Of a DNA stretch of 64,000 nucleotides, positions 1-12,110 are shown piece after piece. A program made the position numbers and the translations under genes. The notes under the pieces were generated by a model. That model was given only the letters and a program-made list of their open reading frames with translations. It did not search any database and was not told the DNA's origin. The DNA is from Styela clava (lineage: Eukaryota): NCBI RefSeq assembly GCF_964204865.1, contig NC_135259.1:10850001-10914000 (forward strand), read 5' to 3'. How positions within the stretch are numbered: position 1 is the stretch's first letter; each line of letters opens with the position of its first letter.

Positions 1-472
1 GAGGAGTACCAAACGAGGTCACTATTATACGTATATCTTGGAATATGACTTAGTGCACGCTTACCCACCAACCTATTGCGTCTGTGGGTGTAACATAGCA
101 ACACGCTGAATACAACGTTTTATATAGCAAAAAGAAGTCAGTGTTCTTTGTACAAGGTTAAATTATAATGCATATTCTCAACGCCACGGCGGGTAATATA
201 ACTAAAACATTTGTACGCGATCTTGGTTGTTGTTTATCAGGATAACTTGCCAATCATACAATATTGTAGATGTTATTGGGTACGATATTTTAATATTTTA
301 TTTGTAAAAATTCGTTCAATTTCCAGTAGAAACTTCAAATCGTCGTAATGGGAAGAATACTATGATTAAAGCACGTGTATTATAATATATATTTTACTAG
401 CAATTGGAAGTATATACTTCTACTACAATTTCATTTCAGAAAACGTCTGCACAATAATTATTCATGTATCTT

Positions 473-1222
473 TCAGGCCACGTCCCTCTCGCATATATAT
501 CTGTAAATTCTTGAACATGGCGCGTCGTCGAGGTCTGTCGGCCAATCGTATTGGATCGTCCCGCAGTCTTGATTTCCGTAATTATTAGGTTCTCCGGCTC
601 TCCAAGGGGTGTTAGATTTTGTTGACGTCTGCCCATCAGACCAAATGAAACTACCTTCATTTTGAATATCATTTAAGCCTACCCAGAGACGAAGCCTTGA
701 TGTCCGTACTGCATCAAATATTGTTTTCTGTGCTGACGAGTCGCGAATACTTTTTGCAACTAATCGTGCGTGCCTAGATTTACAATCTTCGTCAGCAACT
801 TGCCATGTTGTAGCTTGTTGACTAATCCAGTATTTGTATCGATTTTGTATAGTTACCCATCCTTCTAATTCTTCGATTCTTGTTCTTAGTTTTTCCAATT
901 CAATTATTGCTTCTGACGATGCGTCACCTTTCGGTCCAGTGTAACCACGCAGACCCCTTTCACCATTCTCGCCAGGGGGCCCCTGGGGTCCAACTACACC
1001 ACTGTCTCCTTTCACTCCGACACTCCCTTTGTCTCCTTTTGGGCCACTTGGCCCGATGGCCCCTCTTTTACCAGGTCTACCTATTCTATTATTCGCATTT
1101 TCCCAATCAATATCGAATATCAATCTAGATCGAGAACTGTCGTGTTGTACCGAACATGTCGAATCCAGAATGACTTTGGGCAAAGATACGATAAGTAGTA
1201 TCAGTGAAACTGAAAACATCAT
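473..1222 (-). CDS. Collectin-like secreted C-type lectin (signal peptide, collagen, coiled-coil neck, CRD), single coding exon, ~249 aa
   Basis: First plausible ATG at 1222 (MMFSVSLILLIVSL, hydrophobic signal), preceded by a pyrimidine-rich TGCAG acceptor. N-terminal Cys, 18 uninterrupted Gly-X-Y triplets (GRPGKRGAI...GPKGDA), heptad neck (IIELEKLRTRIEEL), and a C-type lectin domain with WVGL, EPN, LDD and four CRD cysteines. The ORF-track start at 1282 is a non-ATG extension. Confidence 0.93.
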   Translation of the reverse strand: MMFSVSLILLIVSLPKVILDSTCSVQHDSSRSRLIFDIDWENANNRIGRPGKRGAIGPSGPKGDKGSVGVKGDSGVVGPQGPPGENGERGLRGYTGPKGDASSEAIIELEKLRTRIEELEGWVTIQNRYKYWISQQATTWQVADEDCKSRHARLVAKSIRDSSAQKTIFDAVRTSRLRLWVGLNDIQNEGSFIWSDGQTSTKSNTPWRAGEPNNYGNQDCGTIQYDWPTDLDDAPCSRIYRYICERDVA

Positions 1223-4034
1223 TATTTTTCTACAACTGCAAAAAAACAGAAACAAAGAGCACATACTTTTAATGACAATCACTTTATTGGTTGGTCTGAA
1301 ACAGCGAAGTGCACTGCTGCCTAATATTTACGAAGATTAATATAACACTAAACATGTTCCATACGCCTTTTCATTAGAAGAACAGGAATATGGGTAGCTC
1401 ATGATATCAAGAATTAACGATTAACGAAACCAAAGTTTTGAAAGTGATTGTCGACAGCCCTTATAACTACTGGTATATATAAACTATTTAGCCACCTACG
1501 TATTGCATGTCAAAATTATCAAATAACAAAATTTGACGAGGTCTGACCAAGATCTTAATTAAACACAATGCAGGCATTCGGAACATTGTCTATTAGTAAA
1601 GACAAATATTGACATACATACATAATACAAAGGGAGCATTGAACCTTTCAGCGAGTTACCAAATAGCTAACTGTATATGGACTAATATTACAGCTACTCA
1701 ATTGTTCTGATATTTTAGTTTGGATGCCACATCAAACTAGCAACAGTTAGTTTCACGAAAAAGAGAAAATGATATTCATTATTGGTTGAAGCTTATTTTG
1801 ACAAAAAAAGTTTAACAAACACTAAATAACAGTTATGTTTACGTATTAGATATTTTTATCTTACAACTAACTGGGGCAGGCAAAGCTTGATCAAATATGA
1901 CAAATTATAACATCACGCATATTTATCGGATCTTCCATTTTATGCATTCCACTTCCAGAATATTTTTTGATTCAACCATGTGAGAATATGTTCTCCAGCT
2001 TTTCGAATTTTAGCCAAACCTGTACAATTAGTGATATTCACCAATTTTTTATATTTGATGAATTTTTGTTTGTCTTTAAGGCGAGAAGATCTTCGAAGGT
2101 CGTTTGGCCGTTATCGATCGCGACTTTCGTGTCCGTGTATTTGACAATAGCTAGATTGTTCTATTGGGATTTGAGAAGAAAATAATGTTCATTCCACTAG
2201 GGGCGGCAACTTTGTAAGGCATTACTCGAACTATCGCTGTCATATCTACAATTAATTAACGCCATGTACAACTACAACAAGGCTGATAACACGCTGGCAA
2301 AACGGAGCGTCGTTTTTAAAACGATGCAGACTCAGGTATCATAGGATATTCTCACAAGGTAAATAAGATAAACAGTTTACACGTTTCACTTATATTATCT
2401 AAATATTTAGCTAAAAACGAGTTATATCTGGTTATAATTACGCTTCCGCGTACTTCAACAGTCACGAGGCAATCCTTACTTATTTAAGCCACTGAGCGTA
2501 CTTACATTATTTTAGATAATTTGCATTAAAATGCCAAAAAAACAGACAATTTATACGTCATAATGACGCCGTCATAAAATAAACGCCAAGAGGAAGTCGT
2601 GACTTGTCAAAAATAAATGCTGAATAGGTAAACGTAAGAATCAGCTTCACCGTTTAGCTTTATGATAATAACTATAATCGTATTTCAAGTGAGTCTCAAT
2701 GAAGGAAAGTAAATACTTCGGGAGAATGTTTGATTGACAAGATCTCTTATCGCTGAAAATGAATGAATTCATGATATTATAGACGTTGATGCTGACTTTT
2801 CGTGTTCCAGTGTATACTTGCTTTCAGCATAGTATGAAGGCCGAGTTAAACAGCTATTGATTAAATAATTTTCACCCAAACTAAATAAAAATTAGCGGTT
2901 GGAAACATATCACCATAATTTACCACAAGCGATTAATCGCATCGTGCATTTCAGTTGAAAAAAATTGAAACCGAACAGCATTTTTGTATAAACAACCTAT
3001 TATTTTATCCTGACCAGAATTTTTGCTTGTGTCGTACTACCGAATCTAATCAAGATTGAACAAATAACCGCAAAAATTGCAAAATTGCATAATTGCAAAA
3101 ATTACCTAATAAACTAATAATCAATAGCCACCTAATTTGTATTTTTTATCCGTCTAGTTACATCAACTTGCCAAATAGCTTCGGGGCTTCAAATGAATAT
3201 TTAGTCTTCGGAACAAAAGATGTGATTCGGTCCAAACCTCAAATAGGGTACAATAAAGTGTAATTATGGGTTGACGCGTAATTAATAACAGATTATTATT
3301 AGCGAACATATTTTATATTAACGTAACACAAAATATACTGGTTTTCATGATAACTCATATACATATGTATAATTTTTTAAATGTTCAAAAAATGTTGTTT
3401 ATTGTTTCATTGTTTGCGATGGCAATAAGAAAAATACAAAAGCTATACAATAGACTTATATTGCAAAAAACGAGCAATCAAAATAACCCAAAATATAACA
3501 GTATTTGGAACACATTTCATTTTGTCGTGAAGTATCAATTGTCGAAATTATTGCCACCATCGAGATCCGGATTATGACCTCAATTGAACATGTTGTTATT
3601 TAATCCCATAATTTCCACTTGATCCGCAAATGTTCAATTGTTAAAGTTGTTGATGCATTATATCTGTGTCCATATTTTTTAATTTGGTTTAATTACGCAA
3701 TTTGAGCCGATCTGAGCTATATCCCTGGGGCTTTGACCTTACGAAATCGTATTGGACACATGCTGCTATAAAAATTCATGAATTTAATTGGCAATTCAGA
3801 GAACTTATTTTGAATAGAACACTGCGTACTTTTATTTTAGCTTTAGTATTCGATAAATTATATCATTGAAACACGAGTTATCAATAACTTGAACTTAATG
3901 AAGTACTAATATTTCATAATGTATACAATTTCGAATCCAAATTGAAATTTACGGATTTGATTGTACTCTTTAATTAGGCAATTAATAAGGATTTATACAA
4001 ACATATACGTCATTTAATTGAAATTGGGACCCTT

Positions 4035-4042
4035 TATAAAAG
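4035..4042 (+). promoter_or_regulatory. Candidate TATA box of DOMON gene A
   Basis: TATAAAAG 456 nt upstream of the ATG at 4491; the same octamer lies 420-422 nt upstream of the ATGs of paralogs B and C. Confidence 0.45.
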
Positions 4043-4490
4043 CTGTCTTATCTCTCATGAGGCCCATTCATTTTATTGTACATAAAGAAATATAGGAATG
4101 TACGGTTGTATTTTAAAAGATACCGTAAACGGGTTTCCGAGCAAATCTGCATCGTTTTTTTTAATAAGCTTGGCTCGTGTGAATTCTCATAGTTGTAGAT
4201 AAATTCAAAATCTTAATATTTCATGTAGAAAATGGGTATTATTTATTTCCAATTTTAAACGAACTCGGCTCTAAACAAGCAATAAAAAGTATTAAAAGAT
4301 AATGGATTTATTTAGTAATCAAATGGTAGTCGCAGTTGGTAATAATAGAGCTTTGAAGATTTAGTTCGCTAAATTGCGAAAACGAACATAATCTAATAGG
4401 AACATCTGATTAAAATTCGCCTTTGCCTCGGTCATTGTTATAAAAATTTCGTTTTACATTTTCAATTAGATATCTAACATCTTTATCAAT

Positions 4491-7400
4491 ATGAGAGTCA
4501 CAAAAGTACTAGTCATATTGATGGTGTCAATTTATGGAGTTCTTGGGGCAGTTCTGCCAGATTCGTCAGAATCTGTTTATGATGGATCAATGGAATTGGC
4601 CACGGATGTATATTTAAAATGGAAAGTAGAAGGAGACTTTATACTTTTAAGGGTTAGTAGTAAAAATTTTAAAATTGTTTAATGTAAATAAATGAATATC
4701 TTTAATCAAACGATATTCTGTTGTGTTCTATGCTGTCCTCGTTTTGTATAAAACCAGTTAAAAAATGTAATATTTAAAATGGGCAATAAAAATTATACCT
4801 TATGCATAATTCACATATATTACTATGAATTTTATTTAAATATATACAGAATCAATCAATTTTTAAACCCCTTTCCAATATCTAATTTACATTTAAATTA
4901 TAAGCGATCTTCTAAATATGATTTTTGAAATTAGTACGCGTAATCCCGTCGAAAGGCTTCCGGGATTAAATCAAATTATCTAAATCAATATATTGTGCAC
5001 CGATTTTGAAACACGGAACCGTGCTCAGTTTTTTCAATATTACAAAAGTTTTATTATATTTTAAACTTGTTATATCGTTTCAGCTCGACTACATGACGAC
5101 AGGATGGATTGGCATTGGATTTCCTAAAACTACGAAGGCACACGGCATGAAAGACTCTGATATCATAATGGGATGGGTGAATAACAATAAAGGATATGTT
5201 TTGGTAAGTGCAGTGAGCATACTGGGACACTACTTGCAAAGTTTCTTAGTAGTATAAGTTGAATTGGTTAGTCAAACGTAATTTGTTATCGACGTTATGT
5301 CTCATTTCACTATGGCAGCTTTCTTTATTACAAGATTTGTATCATTTTATTTTGATGCAATTTACATTGAATTGAAAATGTCTATGTTTGGGCTATGTAG
5401 CAAAAGTGTTGTGTTTTTAAAGGACGCATACGCAAAGAAGAACGGAGTTCCAGAAGTAGATTCCGCCTCAGATGTTGAGATCATCAGTGCAAAAGAAGAA
5501 GGGGGTTTCACAACCATGGTTTTCAAGAGACCAATCGTTGCAATAAATAAAGATGACGTCACAATTGAGGTATAATTATTCAAACAATTTGCGCAAATTC
5601 TGTTTCAATTAAAAATCCCATACAAATCAAATGTAAGATGATAAGAGTTGTACTCGATTATATTGTAACGGACTTTAAATGAGGAATTTAAATGTTTAAA
5701 TGAGGGGTGTTTTAAAATTTTTTAACGAATTAGATCTTCAGTTTCCTATATTCCCAAATATAATTTTAGATAACAATAGATTATAGGTTATTTGGTAAAC
5801 TCCATTTGTAAATTACAGGTTTAGTTTACATAGATCTTAAAATAATGAATATATTACCACAGCAATATTGCTATTTTATTTGCTGGTAAAAAACCTTGTT
5901 ATACCATTTTGGAAGAGATTAGTCATAAAACTTATAGCTTGCCTGTATGCATTAAGTTCCAATATGCAACTTGTTCTCAGAATCTCAGATTTTTTTGGAG
6001 ATGCGAGAAAAATATACACTGTATTGTTGGTAGTCAAGAAACTCGATATATTTGAATATGTGATTCCAAACTTGATACGATAATCATCCTTGTAGCAAAA
6101 ATTTATTTCATTTGAATTATCCAAAGGACCCGCATTTAGTTGCAATGTATTAAATTTTTGTGGCAAATATGGTTCATTCTAAATTATTTTTAAATTTTGC
6201 AGAAAGGAGAAATTGCAATTATTTGGGCGTATGGAAACATAGGTAGTTTGAGTGAAACTATTTCGGGCGCTGAACACCACTCACAAAGAGGTAAGAAAAT
6301 CAAATTACCAACTTCAAAGGTTGGATAATTTCTAAAATAAGCACTTTACGATCAATTACACGGTAAAAAATTTTATATACATACACTTGGACAATATTTT
6401 ATCTGAAATGTGTGCATATATATGTTTTATGCAAATTTTATTCTAAATTAAACACCTGAAACGATTTATTATTGAGCAATTCAATTCTGAAATAGAACAT
6501 TGACCATAAATTTTTTTTATTTTTTTTTTTGCATTCGAACAATAACATTTCATTATTGTCAGGTCAGGCAAGAATAGCTTTGATACCTGCGGAGAACAAA
6601 GTACGTCCTCGAGGCAAAATACGTAAGTTTAGTTACGGCTTTCTAATCTTAAAACAATTTTAAGCAATTTTTGTCAGATTGAATAATCTTTAAACAAAGA
6701 CGTATTTGACGGGTATTTGAAGTGGTTGAATAAACTCAAAAATTATATCAGGGGATATTTTTGCATTGCGAACCACTTGGTTTTGCCAAAGCCGTCCCAA
6801 TTATAAAAAGAAAAAATTTCTTTTTAAATGTCCTAATATTAATAAAGTTGAAGACTTGGAGGTATGACACTTTTCTTTTTGTGTACGCGATAGTATATCC
6901 GTGTTCCCAGCAAAAACAAACTGAATTTGAATTTAATTTTGTCCATTGATGGCAGATAATACTAGTATTATTGAAATTAAATGAATAATAATGCTTAATT
7001 TTATTTGCTTTTGAAGCGATAATTGAAACTCCCCTTGATCCAAATACTCCAACAAGCGTCCAGAAGCAAGAAAGTGTGACACCAAATGAACACGGTAAGG
7101 TCAACACACCAGTGTCCCCAAATAAACCTAGCAAACCTATGTCCCCAATTACCCCAGGAGAACCAAAGACACGAGGAGGAATTGCGAGACGCAGCAAAAA
7201 TATATATATAACTACCCCAAATGAGGAGAGCATACAAGAAAAAGACACAGCTGAAAATCAAGAAAAGAAGAATGCCACTGAAATTATTCCAAGTGAGTCA
7301 GATAATGTCAATTCTCCAACAACACCCGGTGGATATGACAAGCCAGTAAGTCCACGCAAACCCAACATACATTCCTCGAGTAAAACAAGCACTCCCGTAT

Positions 7401-10400
7401 TATCAGAAATCCAAACCAAAACTGCTAAAGGAAAGTCAAACAAACCTAAATCACCGATGCCGCCAAATAAAACCGACAAACACAAATCACATAAAAGTCC
7501 CGGAAAAGCTGCCAAATCGCCAATGACACCAAGCAACAAAGATGCTTTGAAAGGTAAACCAGAATCGGCAATGACTCCAATTGATCTCGACAAACCCAAA
7601 TCCCCAATGACTCCGGATGGACCCACCAAATCTAAATCAAAGAAGACACCAAGAAACAAAGATGCTTCAAAAGGTAAACCAGAATCAGCAATGACTCCAA
7701 CTGATCTTGACACGCCCAAATCCCCAATGACTCCCGGTAAACCCACAAAAACAAATTCGCCATTGTCCTCAAGTGAATCATCAACCCCGGGTGTACCCAC
7801 CAAATCTAAATCGAAGAAGACACCAAGAAACAAAGATGCTTTAACAGGTAAACCAGAATCAGCAATGACTCCAACTGATCTCGACAAACCCAAATCCCCA
7901 ATGACTCCGGATGGATCCACCAAATCTAAATCGAAGAAGACACCAAGAAACAAAGATGCTTCAAATGGTAAAACAGAATCAGCAATGACTCCAACAGATC
8001 TCGACACGCTCAAATCCCCAATGACTCCCGGTAAACCCACAAAAACAAATTCGCCATTGCCCTCAAGTGAATCATCAACCCCGGGTGTACCCACCAAATC
8101 TAAATCGAAGAAGACACCAAGAAACAAAGATGCTTCAAAAAGTGAACCAGAATCAGCAATGACTCCAACAGATCCAGTTGAGCCTGAATCACCAATACCC
8201 CCGAGTGAACCAATTGAATCTGAATTGCCAGTGACACCAAATGAATCCGTTGAAAGCGAATCTCAAACATATCCAAGTGATTCCCAACTCGAAGAATCGC
8301 GATCGCCAGCACAATCAGGCGGGTATTTCAGATCTAAAAAACTGGAAACACCAAAACCCCAGATACAACGTCACATGATACTCAGGGGAGGATATAGAGG
8401 TCTTGATCAAATGTATGATGACGCAATGTCAAAATCTACCATTTTAGACGTCGAACGAAATATAAAGTTTAGTTGGAATTACAATGATGAATATATTGTA
8501 TTCGAGGTAAGGTTTTGTTATATATTGTATCCTTAGTTGACATCGATGGTTAGGAATCCCCGTCCCACCATTTTACCCAGTCTGTAATCGATTGACCCAA
8601 CCGAAAAAATACCGGTTTTTCAAAAAATATTATCTCTTTTCATATCAGAGAAAATTTGTCATGAGATCCCGCTAATGATTAGTATACGACACTCAACGTT
8701 ATATGACATAACTCGCGCTGACAGATTCAATAAACTTTTAAATAGTGATAATTCATTGTTTTTGTTCGTTACTTACAGGTCTCGATACCAACTCGCGGTT
8801 GGATAGGTGTAGGTTTCGCGCCAGGACCGAATATGGCGGGTGCAGACATCTTTATTGCGGGAATAAGAAGAAATGGAGTATACGCTTCGGTATAGTATTG
8901 AGAATTAAATGATTCGTCAGAACTCTCTCCCATCATATTTATGAATAAATAAGAATTGCAAATTAAAGAATGTTGAATTTAATTGAGAATATATTTTGTA
9001 TTAGTCTTTTGTACTTTTTTCTAATTGGTTAATTTTTGTAACTACACTTTTCCGTTTGCCAAATTTCGTTTTTATACAATTGAAAATATCAGCATCAAAT
9101 TGTCCCAAATACTCGATTGAGACGCTATATTTAAATCACTGCTGATATAATGCTTCTACTCGTGAAATTTTACAAAAAAATTAAATTAAAATGATATACT
9201 AAAACTTTTTTATCGTAATTTTACAAAAAAAAAATTTAAATTAGAATTATATACTAAAACCTTTTCGTCGTAAAGTGCATATTTTTGTCAGTATTTAAAA
9301 ATTTTCTAAGGTTGTCAACGATGAAGGCATAATTTTTATTTTTATTCAATCCCGAAAAGTAAGATATATAAAAGTATTTGATTTCGAATATTCTTTTTTC
9401 AGATTAAAAAAATCTTCAGTAATGATTCAGATAGTTTTAGTTGTATAATCATAGGTTATTTTTTCATAACAGTTCAAAATTTGTAGGTCAGGCATTCTGC
9501 TTCTGTCTATGTTTTGGTAATAGAACTGATGATAAAAAATATTTCAGTGAATGTGTTCGATATAGTCAAAATTAATGATTGGAATGATATGTTACATAAG
9601 AATTTTGTATTTCTAAAGTCTACTGTAGATATAGGGAGAAATGACATAGATCGCGAACTAGTTCTATGCACCGTTCCGTAATACAACTATACAAATGGAC
9701 GCTGTTTATATTTCATATGATTTCGCAGAGTTTTTGATGTTATGATTAAGTTTGTCAAGTAATATACATCGGCAAAATTTGAGAGTAAATGCAAAGTTTA
9801 GATGTCAATTTTGTTTTTACAGGACGCGTTCGCGTATAGAAATGGGAAACCGTCGATTGACGAATCTCAAGATGTCCAAGTTTTGAGATATCTGGAGAAA
9901 GAAGGATTCACCACTGTTATGTTTGCAAGGAAAATTGATACTACCGATGAAATGGATTTAAAGGTGAATACTCGACATAGTTTTCTCTGTGTATATATTG
10001 GATAATATAGAGTCCTACTTCAATAGCTCCTAAGGTTGAGATCTAAGCAGTAATCATAGGGCAAATTGACAAACATAATAGGTAAAATTTTATCTTATCC
10101 TCAAAAATAGCGCAGCACTCTTTGAGTGCAAGATAGCTGGAAAGTATTGAGCAAATTCAAAAAATTAATAGCCTCGTTCGTCGTTTATATATTCATGGCA
10201 TTTATAATTCAAAAACAATGGCTTTGATCAAATGAAATATATTGTCTATTTTCAGATTGATGGCACAAGCAAATATGTTATTTGGGCTTACGGGCGAGCT
10301 GATATGGCGCTAAAGCCTAGGGAATTTTACCACGGTATGAATAGAGGTAAGTCAAACAGTTTTATGTTATACTCGTATGTGGTAATATCATCCCATACCA

Positions 10401-11042
10401 TCCATCAAATATTTGTAAGATTATGTGTGGCATTCAATATTACCGTTATCTCGGTAGTATATTTATTTTCATATCACTCCATATTCATCTGGGTGATGCC
10501 CATTCCCAATGTACGTATTTTTAAATCTTATCCACCATCATCTGCTTTCAGGTGCAAAAATGCTGAATCTCATTGATGGGTCTGGTAAGTTGTTAATATA
10601 TTTGCACTTTAGTCTTTTCTACTTCTTATTTAAAGAGATTCTGTTTAATCAGGAGTCGGAATGACCCTCGTTCGACTAAATATGAAATGCATAAATTTTG
10701 ATGAATCATAAATATAAAAGCAATTTCAATGTATCAATTTTCAATTGTCATGGTTTGTTACTCAACCTCTTAAGGTCATCTGTGACCAGCGGCAAATAAT
10801 TATATATAATCTTACACCACGAGAAGAGACAGAAATTAAAATGTGAAAAAACTTTGATTTCATCTTTATTTAAATATAAACAAAAGTTATTAGTGTTTAT
10901 TTTCTCACGAGTGTATCTGAATCCATTTTGCGTATAAAATAATTAATTATTATAAATGAAAACTTGATATTTCATCACAGGCGGACTTCCGACAAACTTT
11001 CCAATGGCGCCACTGTCTACCGTTCCAGGAAGAATAAAATGA
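4491..11042 (+). CDS. Gene A: secreted 2x DOMON (DOH-type) protein with a long Pro/Ser/Thr/Lys repeat linker, ~834 aa
   Basis: Coding exons 4491-4652, 5084-5203, 5423-5569, 6203-6290, 6563-6622, 7017-8506, 8779-8889, 9823-9963, 10256-10346, 10552-10584, 10981-11042; all GT-AG, total 2505 nt, in frame. Signal peptide MRVTKVLVILMVSIYGVLG. DOMON motifs GWIGIGF..GMKDSD/DAY/WAYG..HHSQRG and GWIGVGF..NMAGAD/DAF/WAYG..FYHGMNRG. Ends TVPGRIK*. Confidence 0.9.
7535..8175 (+). repeat. Coding higher-order tandem repeat in gene A exon 6: alternating 120-nt and 174-nt units (294-nt superunit x2 plus a partial unit)
   Basis: The anchor AACAAAGATGCT (NKDA) recurs at 7535, 7655, 7829, 7949 and 8123 (spacings 120, 174, 120, 174). 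Units encode NKDAxKGKPESAMTPxDLDxPKSPMTP...TKSKSKKTPR. Confidence 0.95.
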
Positions 11043-11688
11043 ATTTAAATTTGAAACGCATTACTGTACTATAGTGTGATTTTTAATCGCAATGTAAATA
11101 TAAATCGTTTTTTTAGTAAAAAAATATATTATTGCTAAATCAAACATGTACAAAGTCGATATCTATTATCTAACGAGTGATAATTGGGGGTCGGTTTGTA
11201 ACCAGTGATTATATTACCCATTTGCCAGAAGAACAATTGTTAATGTCCTGTTAGTTCTGTTTTAGTGCGAACATGCACTTCGTTGAGTGAGTATTAGAGC
11301 ATTGAGCAAGTGTTATACGCATTATGCATTGAAAGTAAAATAAGTTAGAGTAAATCATATTTTGTCGGTCAGTAGCCAGCCTATTAGTAGTAAATTGCAG
11401 CCTAAGAAGTCTTTGCAGTTTGTTATTCACGTCGCAGCTGATGCATTTTTAAAGGAAGGCCAATTTTTTGGAATTGTGCAAAAATTCAAAACAAGTAATG
11501 ATTACGATCTTTAAAGTATGTCATTAAAGTGACTCTTGTGCTATCGTTCTAGCTGAAATTTATTTTTTCCCCCACGTCAACTATGGGCCATGCATTTATG
11601 GCGCGTGATTAAGAAACTGAATATGAAAGACGAAATCATTGGTCCTTTATATTCCTATTAATTTTATTCAGGCATGTCGTAGGACCAG

Positions 11689-11720
11689 TATAAAAGCCTG
11701 GGGCGTACATTGACTCGACG
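11689..11720 (+). promoter_or_regulatory. Candidate core promoter (TATA box) of DOMON gene B
   Basis: TATAAAAGCCTGGGGCGTACATTGACTCGAC, nearly identical to the block at 33146 upstream of gene C although the flanks have diverged. Confidence 0.6.
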
Positions 11721-12110
11721 AAAAAAAAAACGAGATATCTGCGCAAACTTTTAAAAAAAAAAAAAATTTTTTACAGAACTTGCTTCTGAAAGAAACACAT
11801 CTGATGGTTTTGAAAGTAGTTCAGCTTAATTGATTTGTCACTGTGTAAGTGATCCACGTACATAGTTTTTTAAGTATGTCAGTTTAATGATGTTTTCTTT
11901 GTCAAAGTTTTACAGCAGTTCAAGTTGAAGTTGTTAATCTATTGACACTATCTGCAAATTAAATCAGGTTGTATAAAATTATTTCTCAGATCATAGTTTT
12001 ACAAGTAATATCTTAGAAAAGACAAAAAGGGCTCACGAATAGTTGTTACTAAAAGAAAATAAATATAATTTGTAATTTTGCTCCAGGGTCAACTCCGCTA
12101 AATAGCTAAT

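Noticed and set aside
880-1340. Plus-strand ORFs overlapping the collectin
   Set aside because: Antisense shadows of GC-rich collagen codons.
6748-7261. 166-aa and 86-aa minus-strand ORFs
   Set aside because: Antisense to gene A exon 6 and its intron, with no recognisable motif.
7258-8127. 289-aa minus-strand ORF with Gly/Val/Leu/Asp repeats
   Set aside because: Antisense shadow of the repetitive gene A exon 6; the plus frame splices in frame into both DOMON domains.
7535-8175. Regularly spaced repeats that could be mistaken for a CRISPR array
   Set aside because: Eukaryotic context, in-frame coding repeats, no unique spacers and no cas genes.
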